This document shows positions 34,978-50,206 of a stretch of DNA of 64,000 nt, piece by piece. This stretch comes from Chromera velia (taxonomy: Eukaryota). The DNA is taken from assembly GCA_018398765.1 (NCBI GenBank), contig JAHBMJ010000421.1:1-64000 (forward strand), written 5' to 3'. Positions within the stretch are counted from its first letter, which is position 1. The number at the start of each line of letters is the position of its first letter. The translations under genes and the position numbers were made by a program. The notes under the pieces are model-generated. The model ran no database searches. It had not been told where the DNA came from and saw nothing but the letters and a program-made list of their open reading frames with translations.

Positions 34978-35891
34978 CAGTACAGTTAGGAAGAACCAAA
35001 TTAATTTGGTTACGGCCGCCTAGTAATCATATTTATGGGTACGGTAGTAAGTTGGGGCAGAGGTACCATAGTAGTGGTAGTATAGGGGGCTAGATAGGGG
35101 TTTTTCCTTAGTTTTCCTAATTATCTTACACTTTTCAATAAAAAGATTCATAAAATATGAAACAGTCAATTAAAAAATTATAAAAACTCTCTGTAGAAAA
35201 CCATTAAAATGATTGAAAACAATCGTTTTAGATTTTTCTAATGGAACATCAATGTACGGGACCTAATAAATTATGTCACCTTATGAATTTAAGCAATGAT
35301 ATGACAATGATATAAAGAACGTTAGAGTAATTGAGTTCAACTGAGAGTTGTTGGAGTTTTAGGGGAGGTAAGAAGGCAAAAAACAATGTCATGCACGCAA
35401 CAATCATGAATGAAAGCACTGTTTACACTTCAGACGAGTCTAATACCCTATATTTTATATAGCCAATGAACCAGAACCTGAAACCAAACCTCAACCTGAA
35501 ACCAAACCTGAACTAGAAACCGAACTTGAACCTGAACCAGAAACCTCAAGCCTCGCCTTTTTTCAGAAACTAGCTCATATGCGAGCTCTCTCTGTACAAT
35601 CAAATGAATCCATCGTGAAATTCAGAGAACCGTTTCATCTTTTCAGCATAGATACATGATAGATCACAAATTAAGGGCTTAATCCGAAAGCAAGAGTAAG
35701 TATGTATGCACGCTTGCGCCTTTTTTTTTCGTTTTGCCGGGGCTTTTGGTCCAAACTACCATCGCTATGGTTACTTGACGCCGGGGTCTAGGACCTCTGG
35801 GTCATCCCGCTGGTTACCACTCACGAGTTACCAAATCTATGGTCACCATGAAATCGCTCGACCCCCCCGGTAGTTCCCCCTAACCGTACTG
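34978..35891. mobile_element. Non-autonomous Tc1/mariner/pogo-like element
   Basis: Imperfect TIRs CAGTACAGTTAGGAAGAAC and GTTCCCCCTAACCGTACTG. Left flank TA, right flank TG (mutated TSD?). AT-rich interior. Confidence 0.6.
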
Positions 35892-36439
35892 TGTAAGATT
35901 TTGTTATTATTTTGAATGATCGACTTTAGATATGATTGAATATTATTATTATATACACGCATATACATATATATATGTACAACTATCTACTTGTAGCGAC
36001 GCAGCGTTTAGTACAGCCTAGAGTGCACCGCGTATACATTAAAACTTGCATTAAAAAAAAATTATGATTAACTAAATAATCAATCTAGGATGACCACATC
36101 TAAGCTAGTAACTAAGTTACATCTTATATGACACAGCGAGAAGACCGCTCGGAAGACCTGACACAGAACCAATCAATCAATATCAATTAATTAATCACTC
36201 ACTCACTCACTCACTCAATCAATCAATCAATCAATCAATCAATTAAATGCTAACCTAAAATTGTTTAACTTAAAAAGATTTAACATTATATATAATGTAA
36301 AGCATTTTAACCTTCAAGTTTCATCTAAAAGTTTCATATAGTTAGAATTCTTTACTGTAATAAACTCAGTTCATGATTGCAAAGCATCTTGTCCATTCAG
36401 TATTTATTCTTAGTAGTAACCCATTGCCCAGTTCATTGC

Positions 36440-39283
36440 TTAATGAAGTTCGTTTTGTAAAAGAATGCTTTCTATTCGACTACCTACAACCGTTAAATTA
36501 AGACCGTCCAGTCTCCAATGAAGAAGACGACTGGGGCGTGTTGCCTGTCGAACACTAGGTCGAACAACTGAATCTTCGCGAAAGTCAAGGTAGAAGGCCC
36601 CGACACCGCCTTTTCGTCCGTTTCTGCTTGGTGACGAAAGAACACCCTCTTCGAGGAGTACTCTTTCCGGAATTAAGTAAAAGTACCGCCACTGTCCCCC
36701 CAAACCACATAATTGCCCAACTGGCTTCGCTGGAGCCCGGAAGGATGACAAGAGGCCAGACGAGTTTTGGGGGGGGCCGACAAGAAGAAAATCAAAGTCT
36801 CCTTCTTCGTAAGGCTGCCATTTCCCTCTGACTGTTTTCTGCGACGGTACGCGGGCACAGTTTCTCGACGGGAAAATGAGAGAGCTCTTGAGCTGCACCC
36901 TCAACCACTTTGAAGTCTGACATCCAGGGAGTCGAATCTCGATGTCATAGGGAAGAGACGGGCAAGGGGCCCCTCGGACTTCTAGCCCCCCAGGCACGCT
37001 CTCGAAAAACTCCAAACACATCTGGAGCATTCTCCACTCAGTCAAGTGCGAAGGGCCCAACTGAGTCTGCAGTATACGGAGGGGTTGCAGCTTGCATAGG
37101 CTCCTGCGTTCATGTGCTTCGTGCCACGTCGACTCTAGCACACGTCCTACATGACGGCCGTCAGCAGGGCTTGGTTCAAAACTACATCGAAATTCTTGTC
37201 GGTCATGCTTCCCACCCTCAGTCAGGCGAAGACTGTGGGAGGCCGACATCGCAAGGTACGCAAGATAGTCTCTCGGGAAGATCCACACTTTTGGGGGGCC
37301 CTGCATATTCTTTTCAAGAGAAATGCAGACAAGGAGCATTTCATCATAGTTGGTAACTCTCTTAAAGAGACAAGATGGTGATTTTCTCCCGGCAGGAGTT
37401 CGAAGGCGCGTGGCCGATTTGACCTGCACAGGCAACCACAGGTCCTCCGAGCACCCCACTGGTCGAACTGCAAGGTCGGCCCGTGCGAAGGGGGGGAGAG
37501 GGACAGAGGGCTCTTCAAGTCCCCTGAACCCCTCTGCTGCTCGGAGACTGGCTCTGAGGAGCGACACGGCAGTGCGCTCTATTTCCCAGCTGTGATGACT
37601 GCGCTTTTCGACGGTCTGAGTGTTTGAGGGGATTTGCCCCTGGGAGGGAATCGTCGTGAGTTTCCTGATCTGCCCCGACGCAGGAATGCTGCTGCTATGT
37701 TTTGCTACGGTTGAAGGCATCGAAGCCTCTAGGAGTTGTCGATTCTCTTTTGTGAACGGAACAGACCCTGCCTCCCGTCCTCGCTCAAAGGATAGCACTT
37801 CAGCTATCTGTTTTCCTGCCAGAGGAAGATCGAAGGTGTCAATCTTCCACCTGTGCAGACGGGAGGGGCGGCCTCTGCACTGTTCAGCAGCTTTAGTTGA
37901 AAAGTCAAGGGTGATAGTTTGCAGGCCTTTCTGGGCATTTTTGGGCGACGAAACTATCCCCTCTCTCACAAGCTCTCGAGTTGGAATCAGATAGAAAAAA
38001 CGCCACCGGTCTTCCTGCTCGTTGCCTGGCAGGCTGCTGCTGCGGTCTATCGCTGCCCCTGTCTCATTCTGAGGGGGACTCACAAGAAGAAAATCAAAAT
38101 CCCTTTCATTGTACGGCACCGATCCCCTCAAAAGCTTTTTCTTTGTACTCACATGACCTAAACCATTGCGACTCTTCTGAACAGCGTATGCGCTCTTCAA
38201 CTGCAACCTGACCCACTCGGATCGAGTCCAAGTGGAAAGGCGGAGCTCAATATCGTGGGGGAGGGTTGGGCAAGGCGCATCCCGTATTTGCATCCCTCCA
38301 TGGACCCTATCAAACAACCACCTGCATTTCTGGGTCATCGTCCACTCTGCGAGATGAGTAGGACTCAACTGAGTCTGGAGAGTCTGCAGATCTTGTAGTT
38401 TGTAGAGACTCTGGCAACTGTGGGCTTGCTTCCAAATGACCAAGAGCCGATCTCCGACATGGCTGTCATCCTGACGGTCAAGAGTCAAGCTGCACCGGTT
38501 CTCTGTCGTGTCGTACTTGCCCCCATGGGTGATTCCTAGCCATCCAGGCCTCTTCAGACGATTGAACCGTTCTCCTGGGAAGAGCCAGGCTCTTTCCGTG
38601 AGGGCAGAAGGGGAGCCCTGCGGCACAAATATACAGACCACGGGCATTCCCCCGTAACCGCACACGTTCTGAAAGTACCAGAGGGGAGAGGGACGCCCCC
38701 CCGCTCGAACTCGAGTGCACAACTGGCGTGACGTGGACTTCACCTGCACCGGTAGCCACAGGTCTTCTGTGCAGCCAGTGGGTCTCACAGCCAGGTCAGC
38801 CTGCGCGAACGGGTGCAAGGGCAGGGGCGGCTCTTCAAGACCCTCAAACCCATCTGAGGCCTGAAGGCAGTGACGGAGTCGTGAAACCGCAAGCCTCTCT
38901 ATCTCACGCAGCTGGCGCAGAGACAGATTTTTCCGTTTGGCCACATTCAGGGACCCTGACGGAATCGCCGGATGAATGGTCGTCGTGCGTTTGCCTGATA
39001 AAGAGTCTTTTGGGGGGGACGCAGTCACCGAGATGGGACGCACGTCACTTCTCATTGAGAGCGGACCAGCATATCCTGAACCAGCACCCTGATGGAAGGT
39101 AGACGGCTTCGGAACAGCGCTACTGTAGCCCAAAACCCAAAGCCTGGACACGGTCGGAGCCGCAGGCCGCCTTAATAGGAAGCACACGGGTGTAAATAGT
39201 CGACTTGCCCGAGAACGAAGTCCGATATGAGTTGGCGGAAAGTGGGAAAGAAGACCCTTTCGGATTGCTGGTGTTGGGATCAT
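36440..39283 (-). CDS. Intronless ~947-aa protein with four tandem PD-(D/E)XK-type (I-Ssp6803I/PDDEXK_5-like) domains and an N-terminal organelle-like transit peptide
   Basis: First ATG at 39283 (the ORF-track start at 39358 is GTG). Internal duplication of a ~375-aa unit. Each unit has 'EIER.AVS.L...ADLAVRP.GC.EDLWLPVQVKS' and 'HL.EW.M...P[HY]DIE.RL......W.R[LV]QLKS...PY.E.DFDFLLV.PP...[FY]FYLIP'. Confidence 0.8.
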   Translation of the reverse strand: MIPTPAIRKGLLSHFPPTHIGLRSRASRLFTPVCFLLRRPAAPTVSRLWVLGYSSAVPKPSTFHQGAGSGYAGPLSMRSDVRPISVTASPPKDSLSGKRTTTIHPAIPSGSLNVAKRKNLSLRQLREIERLAVSRLRHCLQASDGFEGLEEPPLPLHPFAQADLAVRPTGCTEDLWLPVQVKSTSRQLCTRVRAGGRPSPLWYFQNVCGYGGMPVVCIFVPQGSPSALTERAWLFPGERFNRLKRPGWLGITHGGKYDTTENRCSLTLDRQDDSHVGDRLLVIWKQAHSCQSLYKLQDLQTLQTQLSPTHLAEWTMTQKCRWLFDRVHGGMQIRDAPCPTLPHDIELRLSTWTRSEWVRLQLKSAYAVQKSRNGLGHVSTKKKLLRGSVPYNERDFDFLLVSPPQNETGAAIDRSSSLPGNEQEDRWRFFYLIPTRELVREGIVSSPKNAQKGLQTITLDFSTKAAEQCRGRPSRLHRWKIDTFDLPLAGKQIAEVLSFERGREAGSVPFTKENRQLLEASMPSTVAKHSSSIPASGQIRKLTTIPSQGQIPSNTQTVEKRSHHSWEIERTAVSLLRASLRAAEGFRGLEEPSVPLPPFARADLAVRPVGCSEDLWLPVQVKSATRLRTPAGRKSPSCLFKRVTNYDEMLLVCISLEKNMQGPPKVWIFPRDYLAYLAMSASHSLRLTEGGKHDRQEFRCSFEPSPADGRHVGRVLESTWHEAHERRSLCKLQPLRILQTQLGPSHLTEWRMLQMCLEFFESVPGGLEVRGAPCPSLPYDIEIRLPGCQTSKWLRVQLKSSLIFPSRNCARVPSQKTVRGKWQPYEEGDFDFLLVGPPQNSSGLLSSFRAPAKPVGQLCGLGGQWRYFYLIPERVLLEEGVLSSPSRNGRKGGVGAFYLDFREDSVVRPSVRQATRPSRLLHWRLDGLNLTVVGSRIESILLQNELH

Positions 39284-42266
39284 GTTTCTAGGGTCATGCA
39301 GAGATAAGACAAACCCGGTCCCGGAGGTAGACAGCGAATAGTTGCAGCTGCCTTCCACTGCAGAAGTGTCTAAATCGATGCAAATCGTAAGTCATCGTCA
39401 AAAGAATCCATGTACGCTTGTGTATATAACGACCAACACCAGAAGCTTCATGCACGTCTCGCCAAGGTATGCATGTCGATGCATGTGTGTCGACGATTTT
39501 TAGCAGATGTCGGTACGCAACAAAAGCTCGAGTTCAGTGTGGTCACGCGAAGAGGTGTTTACATTGAAGACTTGGAAACAGATGTCCTTCAACCAAATTA
39601 TTGTACGAAAGCGCACGTCTTCCCATGTCTTCTCAAATCTCAATTCTCGCATGAAGTTTTGCAAACATGCAGATTGCATGCAAGTGTTGCATATAGTTGA
39701 TGCAAAATGCATGGCTTATATATGCTTATATAGTGTATACACGAGAGTGGGCGCGCACTGCGCGCCGACGTATCGTGGTGGGTGCTCCCGTAGTCGAGTC
39801 CGGCGTCGAAAGGGGGGCACAAACAAAAGTTCTTATCCTTTATTATCCTTTGGTCGGGGGTAAACACCGCATGCTGGGACGTTCCTCTTTTTACAACATT
39901 GCTACACTCACAGAGTCGGGGAACGCACCAAGCGTTCACTCTATACTACAACAATTGCCGTGCAGTAAGCAGATTGAATCATATGACTCAAGTCAAGTTG
40001 AGTTTTGAAGGAAAACGGCGTTCAAAAAGCTTCAGAGTATATATATATGCGCAGGCCGTCTTATAGAGAAATTTTTATGTGTCGCTTAATTAGTTGGGCC
40101 CGAATGGCAACTATGTGCGCACGATTCGCGGCACGAATCAACATTGCCGGGGCGTTATATATAGTACAGAAAGATTTGGACCCAAAAGCACAGGTGGTGC
40201 CCACGCAGTCAGATCCAGACGCGAGTATAGTATAGTAAGATAGCTTATACAGTGCGTGGTCGTAATTTCGGATACGAGCATGCAGCGCATTTTGCAACAC
40301 TGCATGAGGGCGGAGAGAAGGCTGAGAAAGCAGCCATGGAGGGAGTGTTCCTACAAGCCCATGCAGTAGAATGTCTTGCGCGGTCGATCCCAGAAGGCCT
40401 CAGCGCGGGGTAACTCGATGGAGGTGAAAGATACTGCAAAAAATACCTGTGCGGGGGCTTAGTAGTATAAAAACAAAAACCGAGGCTCAGAGCCTTAACA
40501 TGCATCGTAAACGACATCTAGCGGTATCGAGTCGCTATGCATGGCGTGGCCTGGTACGTTTGAGGCAAGGAGCTACGGCGGCTTTCGTAGATTATTAAAA
40601 GGAGACTTTAAAGAGCTTGATGTCCCAGGGGCAGCCCGAACAATGGGCCAACAAAAAAAAATATTCATACAAACGTTAAAATAATAACCAGACTTTAAAC
40701 TAGTCTTCTACATATAGGTAATCCAAACAGGTTAAAATATATATAAAAAACAAACAATGTCAAACATCATATATTGAATGCTTCATACCAAATATTCATG
40801 CATAAATAAGATGAAAAACTACTTAATATTGTTTTTTATTGTATTTCTAAAAAGAGCTTGAGATTGCGAGTCGTTTCTTTTCTGGACCTCTTCTAGGACC
40901 TCTTATTGCTCGCTGCACCGGCACACTGTCACCACGACTCTTCAGGGCTCATCTTCAAATGGCTGCATGGTCTTGCTGTTAGCTTAATCCTCCTTCCGCT
41001 GTTGTACATCCCTTGGCAGTCCGATCACTCACCAACCAACCAAATCGTGGCGTCTCTAAACGAAACGTAGCAGTGACGACTCACAGGCGACTGAAACCCC
41101 CCATGCACCTTCCCCCGGAGCCGTCCCTCTCTCTGGTGGCTGGTTCCCTCCAGTCCTCTCCATGTGCGTCCATCTTCTCTGACACTCTTCTTTTTCCCCA
41201 CCCAAAACGCTCTTTCAAGGCTGATGAATGATGGGGATCAAAAAAGTTTTCGCTTGGCTCAAGTCGAACAAGATGAAGCACTCATACGAGGGCTTCGGTA
41301 CGCCCTCTTCTGCATGTCTCAACGTACACATCCCTCCCTCCCGCAAGCTCAAAACTTGCTGCCCCAGCGATCCCCCCTCCATCCCAACTTCGTTGGGTGC
41401 ACGTGCTGACCGACTCTCCACTCCAGTGCATGCCCCCCTTCGCAAATTTGGCGTCCCTTTCCCCCCTCAAGCAAATACGGGGAGGAAGAGGGAACCAAAG
41501 TAAATAGCACGAAGGATTCAAGGAGAAGACCAAGAGTGTGTGTGGGAGAGGAAGAAAGGAACCAAATGGGCCTCTGCAACCTCCCCCCCCCAAAGTCTCA
41601 CAACAAACAGGGTTGTTCAAACAACACCGCGAATGAAAACGCGGACCGAAGTGAAGCGGTCAGTCAGCAAGAGGTCAAACAAGTCCTTCCCCCCCCGTGC
41701 AGTTTAGAGCTAGAGAAAGAAAAGAAATCAAACTGGAGCCCGACCATAAAAGAACACACACAAACAACAAACCGCATAGATCGATCCTCCCAGCAGCAAC
41801 CCTTGAACCTCTTTTCTCTTCTGTTAGCGCAGCCGCCCTCACGATTTTCCTTTTCTTGCGCCAATTCAAGTCAGAGCCTGTCGAGCTGAATCAATATTTT
41901 TTTATTTTCACGCCGGCCAGCTTTCTTCTCCTTCTGTGTCCAGGAAGCGAGCGTCGCACCCCCCCTTCTCCTAGCTGTCTTCCTTCGGAGACATGCACCA
42001 CATGCAAGGAAGGAACTGCAAGCAATGGCCTTCCCGTCTCTTTCTCTCCCTCTCTTTTTCCGGAATCCAAAAAGACTTGCCAAGTTGATCATTCATCAAT
42101 TCATTCATTCATTCATCCAATAGATGTATAACATCTTTCCACCACTAGAGGCCCCCCGCTCTTCTCCTTCCTTGTCTTTCCTCCCTCGACCACCTCAAAC
42201 CTGCACCCGGAGTGCAGTGCACATCAATCCCCTCCTGCCTGCCTCTTTGCCTCTTCCTTCCTTCCT

Positions 42267-45178
<2,912 letters not shown>

Positions 45179-46398
45179 ATGAAGTACAAGAGTACACGTG
45201 GGGGCACCACCGGCATGTCCTTTGTGGACGCAGTGCTGACGGGTCTTGCAGAGGACGGGGGATTGTTGATGCCTGAGAGCGTTCCCGTCGTCTCGAAGGC
45301 TGAGATGAAGGCATGGAGGTAAGCATAGTGAGTGTCCCACTGCGTGCTCCACACGTGTATGGGGGCCTTCCGCTCGCGTCGTGCGGCTATGCACTCCTTG
45401 GTAGGGGTCCTTGTCTGCGTCTTTGCTGTTCCTTCTCAGCGCCCCTCCCCGAAAACCCCTCTGTGTCCTCTTTCCATCTCCTTCGGTTTCCCGTCTCCGT
45501 CTCTCTCCATCGAAGCAGCTGCCGAAGACAGGGGAGGATGTACCTCTGTTCATGACAGCCCTCCCACCCATATGCGCACTGTCCACCTTGGCAGCAATCT
45601 CGCTGCCGATCTTTGCTGTGCGTGCGTTCGATCTGACTTGCACATGCGCACAGTCCTCCTGGAGAGGTACATTCCTCTGTGTATCTTACCACTACTTTTG
45701 ACCTTTTCTGCTACATTCCCTGTCTGTGCTTCCTCCTGTACCTCCTTCCCTCCGCAGATCCCTTCGCTACCAGGATCTCTGCTTCAACATCATGCGGAAG
45801 TTCATCAACGTGGAAGAGGTCGGAGACGCAGACCTGAAGGACATCATTGAGAGGAGCTACAAGACCTTCAGGGACCCCCAAATCACCCCTGTGGTGGACT
45901 TTGTGGATGATATGCATCTGCTGGAACTCTTCCATGGCCCCACCTTCGCATTCAAGGATTGCGCACTGCAATTTCTTGGTCAGTGGGTAGAATCTTCGGG
46001 CATCTCTGCATCAAAAGCCGAAGTACTGCCAGCTTCCTCGTGTGTGACTGCGTTCTTCCTTTACCGGCTCTTTTCTCTTCCAAACATTCCGCATGAGCAC
46101 CAACCTGATGATGATGTCTTGCGCTTTCGAGGTGGCGCCTCCAGTCATCGTCCCCGGCAGCATTTTTTTGACTGCATTCTCGTGATCTCGCATCCATGCA
46201 GCCGTACACTCACAGATCAATACAGACGTACATATGTAAATACACACTCTACGCTCCTGCGATAACCCAATTACTGCAGGCAACATGTTCGACTGGATTC
46301 TTGAGAAGAGGGACCAGAGAACAGTGATCCTGGGGGCAACCTCGGGGGACACTGGATCGGCTGCCATCGCAGGTTGGTTTGTTAATTTATTTGCCTTG

Positions 46399-46434
<36 letters not shown>

Positions 46435-49400
46435 TCCTTCTTCACCTCTCTTTTCTCTTCATTCATTCTGTTGTCCAAAAAAGTTGCCACCTGCCTTTCT
46501 TCCCCTGCTATCTCCGTCTTTTCCGGAATTCACACAGTTTGAGCCTTCGACCCTTGAGTCAAATCTACTCTAGTGTCTCTTCATCCTGGGGGTCCCCCTA
46601 CATATGGATCGAGACTTTGGATGGGCATTCTACAGTAGAACATCAGTAGTGTGTCCAGAGAGAAAGAGAGAGAGAGAGAAAGAGAGAGAGAGACTGAAGA
46701 GACCTTCTGGTTGTCCACCGAAAGAGTCTCTCGTCATCTCTCTGTCTGTACTTCCCACAATCGCTCTTCAGGTTTCCAGGGAAAGAGACGCGCTGACTGC
46801 GTGATTCTTTACCCTCTCGGACGCACCTCTCACATCCAGGAGCTGCAGATGACCACCGTGCCAGACGAGAACGTCCAGTGCGTGGCAATTAAGGGTGGGT
46901 ACCAGAGGGGGGGTGGTTAGTGTTGGGGGTACATGGTTTGGGTACTGCAGTCCGTTCTCGGAGTGGTGATGATCGATACGTGAGAGACAGGCGTGGTCAC
47001 AGCCTTTCCTTATTGTATTTTTTTCTCCTCTTCTAGAACGGCGGGGTGCCTGCTGGGTTTCTTCGCGGAAGAAGGTGTGGAGCTGCCTTCTGAGATACAA
47101 TGATGTCACGCTCATCTGTTTCACGTCTCTCTCGCCCCGCTTGACTTACCTCTCCAAGCCTTTCTTCAGTTATAGACAACTGTGGACCTGCGTAAGTGCG
47201 CGCACCCCCGGTCGCGTGCGTGTGGTGTGTTTGTGTGTCTATGTCTGAGTGTGCCTTCTGCTTGCTTGCCCTCGTGCAACGTTCAGCGGTCACTTTTAGG
47301 AGAGTGGTCGCTCGAATACTGAGCAAGCAGCCGGACAAGAACATTGGAAAATGCAGAAAAAGACAGCAGCACCAAGAGCATCTCATTTCTTCTGCGTTAA
47401 TTGCCGCTGCATGCTGCAGGTTCTTTCGACGACTGTCAGAACATTGTGAAGGCTCTCTTCGGGTCCCCATTGAAGAAGAAGCTGTCCCTCGGTCGGTCCG
47501 TGTGCCTGCGCATGGGGGAATGGGGATCGAGATATTGGGGTGAATTGCTTGTCTTGTCTTGTTAGTGGGTGTGGCTGTGATTTCCTGAGGTGTGCAAGAG
47601 AAGAGGGGGGTACTTTGGGTGAGCACACCCGTCAAAAAGAATCCCCGATCCTGATGAGGACTCTTTCTGCTGAAGCACAACGTGAGAGAGAACGTTTTGT
47701 ATTAATAAATATCAAGTACATCCACGGACACACCAACATGACGTGCATGAATGCAGGGGCTGTGAACTCGATCAACTGGGCCCGCATCCTCGCCCAGATC
47801 GTCTACTACTGGTTCGCTGCATTCAGAGTGGCAGACCGCACAAAACGCCAGAGCCTGGACGGATTCGAGGCGGACTTCTGCGTACCCACAGGGAACTTTG
47901 GTAACATTCTGGTGGGTGGGTGGTGGGTGGGGAGAGGGGAAAGGGGAGGAAATTCGGTGCTTGGGGGCGGCACGGTTCCCTGCAATAATTTGTGTAGAGC
48001 GCGTATGGGGGTTTGGATTGTTGAGCAAGCGTCGCTGATCTGGTCTCATATACCTTCCTCTGGTCTGTCTTTCCAACCTCCTCTCTCAGTTTGGGAAGGA
48101 CTTTCCTGTTCGTGCTTCCTCATCTTCTTCATTCATGCTTTTGTGTTTCACTCATGTCGGACTACCAAATCCTGTGACGAACGAATGTGCAGGCAGGATA
48201 CTATGCCAGAAAAATGGGAGCCCCGATCGGAGCCCTGGTTATCGGTAGGCCCCTGAAGGATCTCTCTCTAATTGCGCCCCTCTGTTTTGAGTTGTTCCTT
48301 TTTTTTGTCTTCGATCTGCTGAAGCAAGAATGCTGGATCGGGGTTTCTGTCCATTCTCTGAAAAGCGGGAGGGGCGTCGCGGTTTTTTTCGTCTGAAGGG
48401 GAACGTGCTGTGATGGGAACTCTTGCTTGTGTACTTTTCACCTGCTACCCGTTCGTCCGACTTCAAAACTCCCTCTCTGCCTTGCTTGCTTCCATCCTGT
48501 TGCTTCCTCTCTCTCCCTCGTTGTGTCTTCTCTTCAGCAAGCAACTCGAACAACATCTTGACGAGATTCCACAAGTCTGGGGAGTACAAGATTGTCAGTC
48601 AGTTAACGACTGTATTTGTGGGAACTGGCTTTTCCGGTTATGAATCGCGGAACTTTTGCTATTCTTTTGTTCCAGCTTTCGTGGTTCCATTACTGCATCG
48701 CGATCTGTCTTCCGCGTGATGGGTTTGTGTGTCGTGTTCGCGGTCTGGGAGAGTAAATGAGGGTGCGGGTGCGCTTGTTCGGGCTTCTCGCATGTTTTTT
48801 GCGACATCTTTTCATCTGCTCCATTTCCTTTTCTGTCGTTTCTGTATTTTTCGTCCTCTTGTATGTGTTCGTCTTTGTGTCTGGTCTCTTCTGTGCTCCA
48901 CCTGCGTGTCTGTCTGTCTCAGTGTGTGAGTGAATGTGTGACTTGATTGATTGTGTGCAGTCAACGGTGACTCCCACGATGAGCCCCTCGATGGACATTC
49001 AAATCTCCTCCAACTTTGAGAGATTCATGTTCGACGCCCTGGGAGAGGACCCAAAGGTGAGTGCATGCATCAATTCAAAGTCATTGTGGAGGGTGGGGAA
49101 AGGGAACGAGACACCCAAAAAGCTTAAATGAAACAAGAGACCAAAATATTGATGAATCAAGATCACATGCTCGGGTTCACACGAGATTTCATTCGATTTT
49201 TTTTTAAATATTCTGTAAATCTGCTGATGTCAGCAGAGGAGCTCTCCTTTCTGACTCTTTCTGTTTGCCTTTAAAACGCCCCTGTGTCTTCTCCAACGTA
49301 TTGAAGAAAAAGAGAGGCTTTCCGAACTCTGTCCCCTCGCGTGCGTCTGTCTACTGTTGGAACGTCTACCTGCGCGAGGAACTCTGTGTGCATGAGATCT

Positions 49401-50164
49401 TGAACACCTGTCTGCAGACGACCCGCGCGATGTTCTCAGCTTTGAAGAACGAGGGAGCCTTCAAGGCCACCGGGGGGGCTTTGGACGCCACCCGGGAGAA
49501 GTTCGCAGCCTTCTGCGCCGACGAAGCGGAGACTTCAGAGGGTATCAAGGAGGTCTTCGGAAAGATCGGGATGGTGATTGAACCCCACACGGGTAAGTGA
49601 GTTGCATCCAGCTTTCTCGATATGCACGAGGAGGTTGGGGAATGTCGGGAAAGGGAATGATCGGACACTAGAACAGCGAGAATGTAGAGCGATCAAATGA
49701 ACTTGGTGATTGAGTTGCTATGAGGAGACACAGGGTGTGTAATACTCAGTCCTCACAGGTTTACTGGTGCCCTTGCCAGATCGATTGATTGTTGTTTTGG
49801 GGATTACTGAGTTGTCGAGGTGTCACCCAGGGCCTCTTGGAAGTGCTTTGTCTGTCCCTTCTGCCACACAGAGTCCTTTGAAAAAACGCTGGAAGTGCAT
49901 TACTTGGATGGCTGCTCCGTGCTTGCAGCCGTGGGTTTCATCTGTGCCCGAAAATTTTGGTCCGAGTTCCCGGACAGAAAGGCAATCCCCCTCGTATGCC
50001 TGGCCACTGCGCACGTCGGGAAATTCGCCGACAACGTAGAGCCCCTCCTTGGCAAGGAGGCAGTCGAAAAGGAAATTCCTATCGAGCTTGAGAGCTTGAA
50101 GGGGAAGAAGAAGAGATACGAGGTAGGAAGAAAATATGAACAAAGAAAGGGAGTGGTGACAAAG

Positions 50165-50206
<42 letters not shown>

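Noticed and set aside
39284..39358. ORF-track start at 39358 (and 17148, 17795, 3111 for other genes)
   Set aside because: These are GTG/TTG starts from a bacterial-style ORF caller; the first in-frame ATG was used instead.
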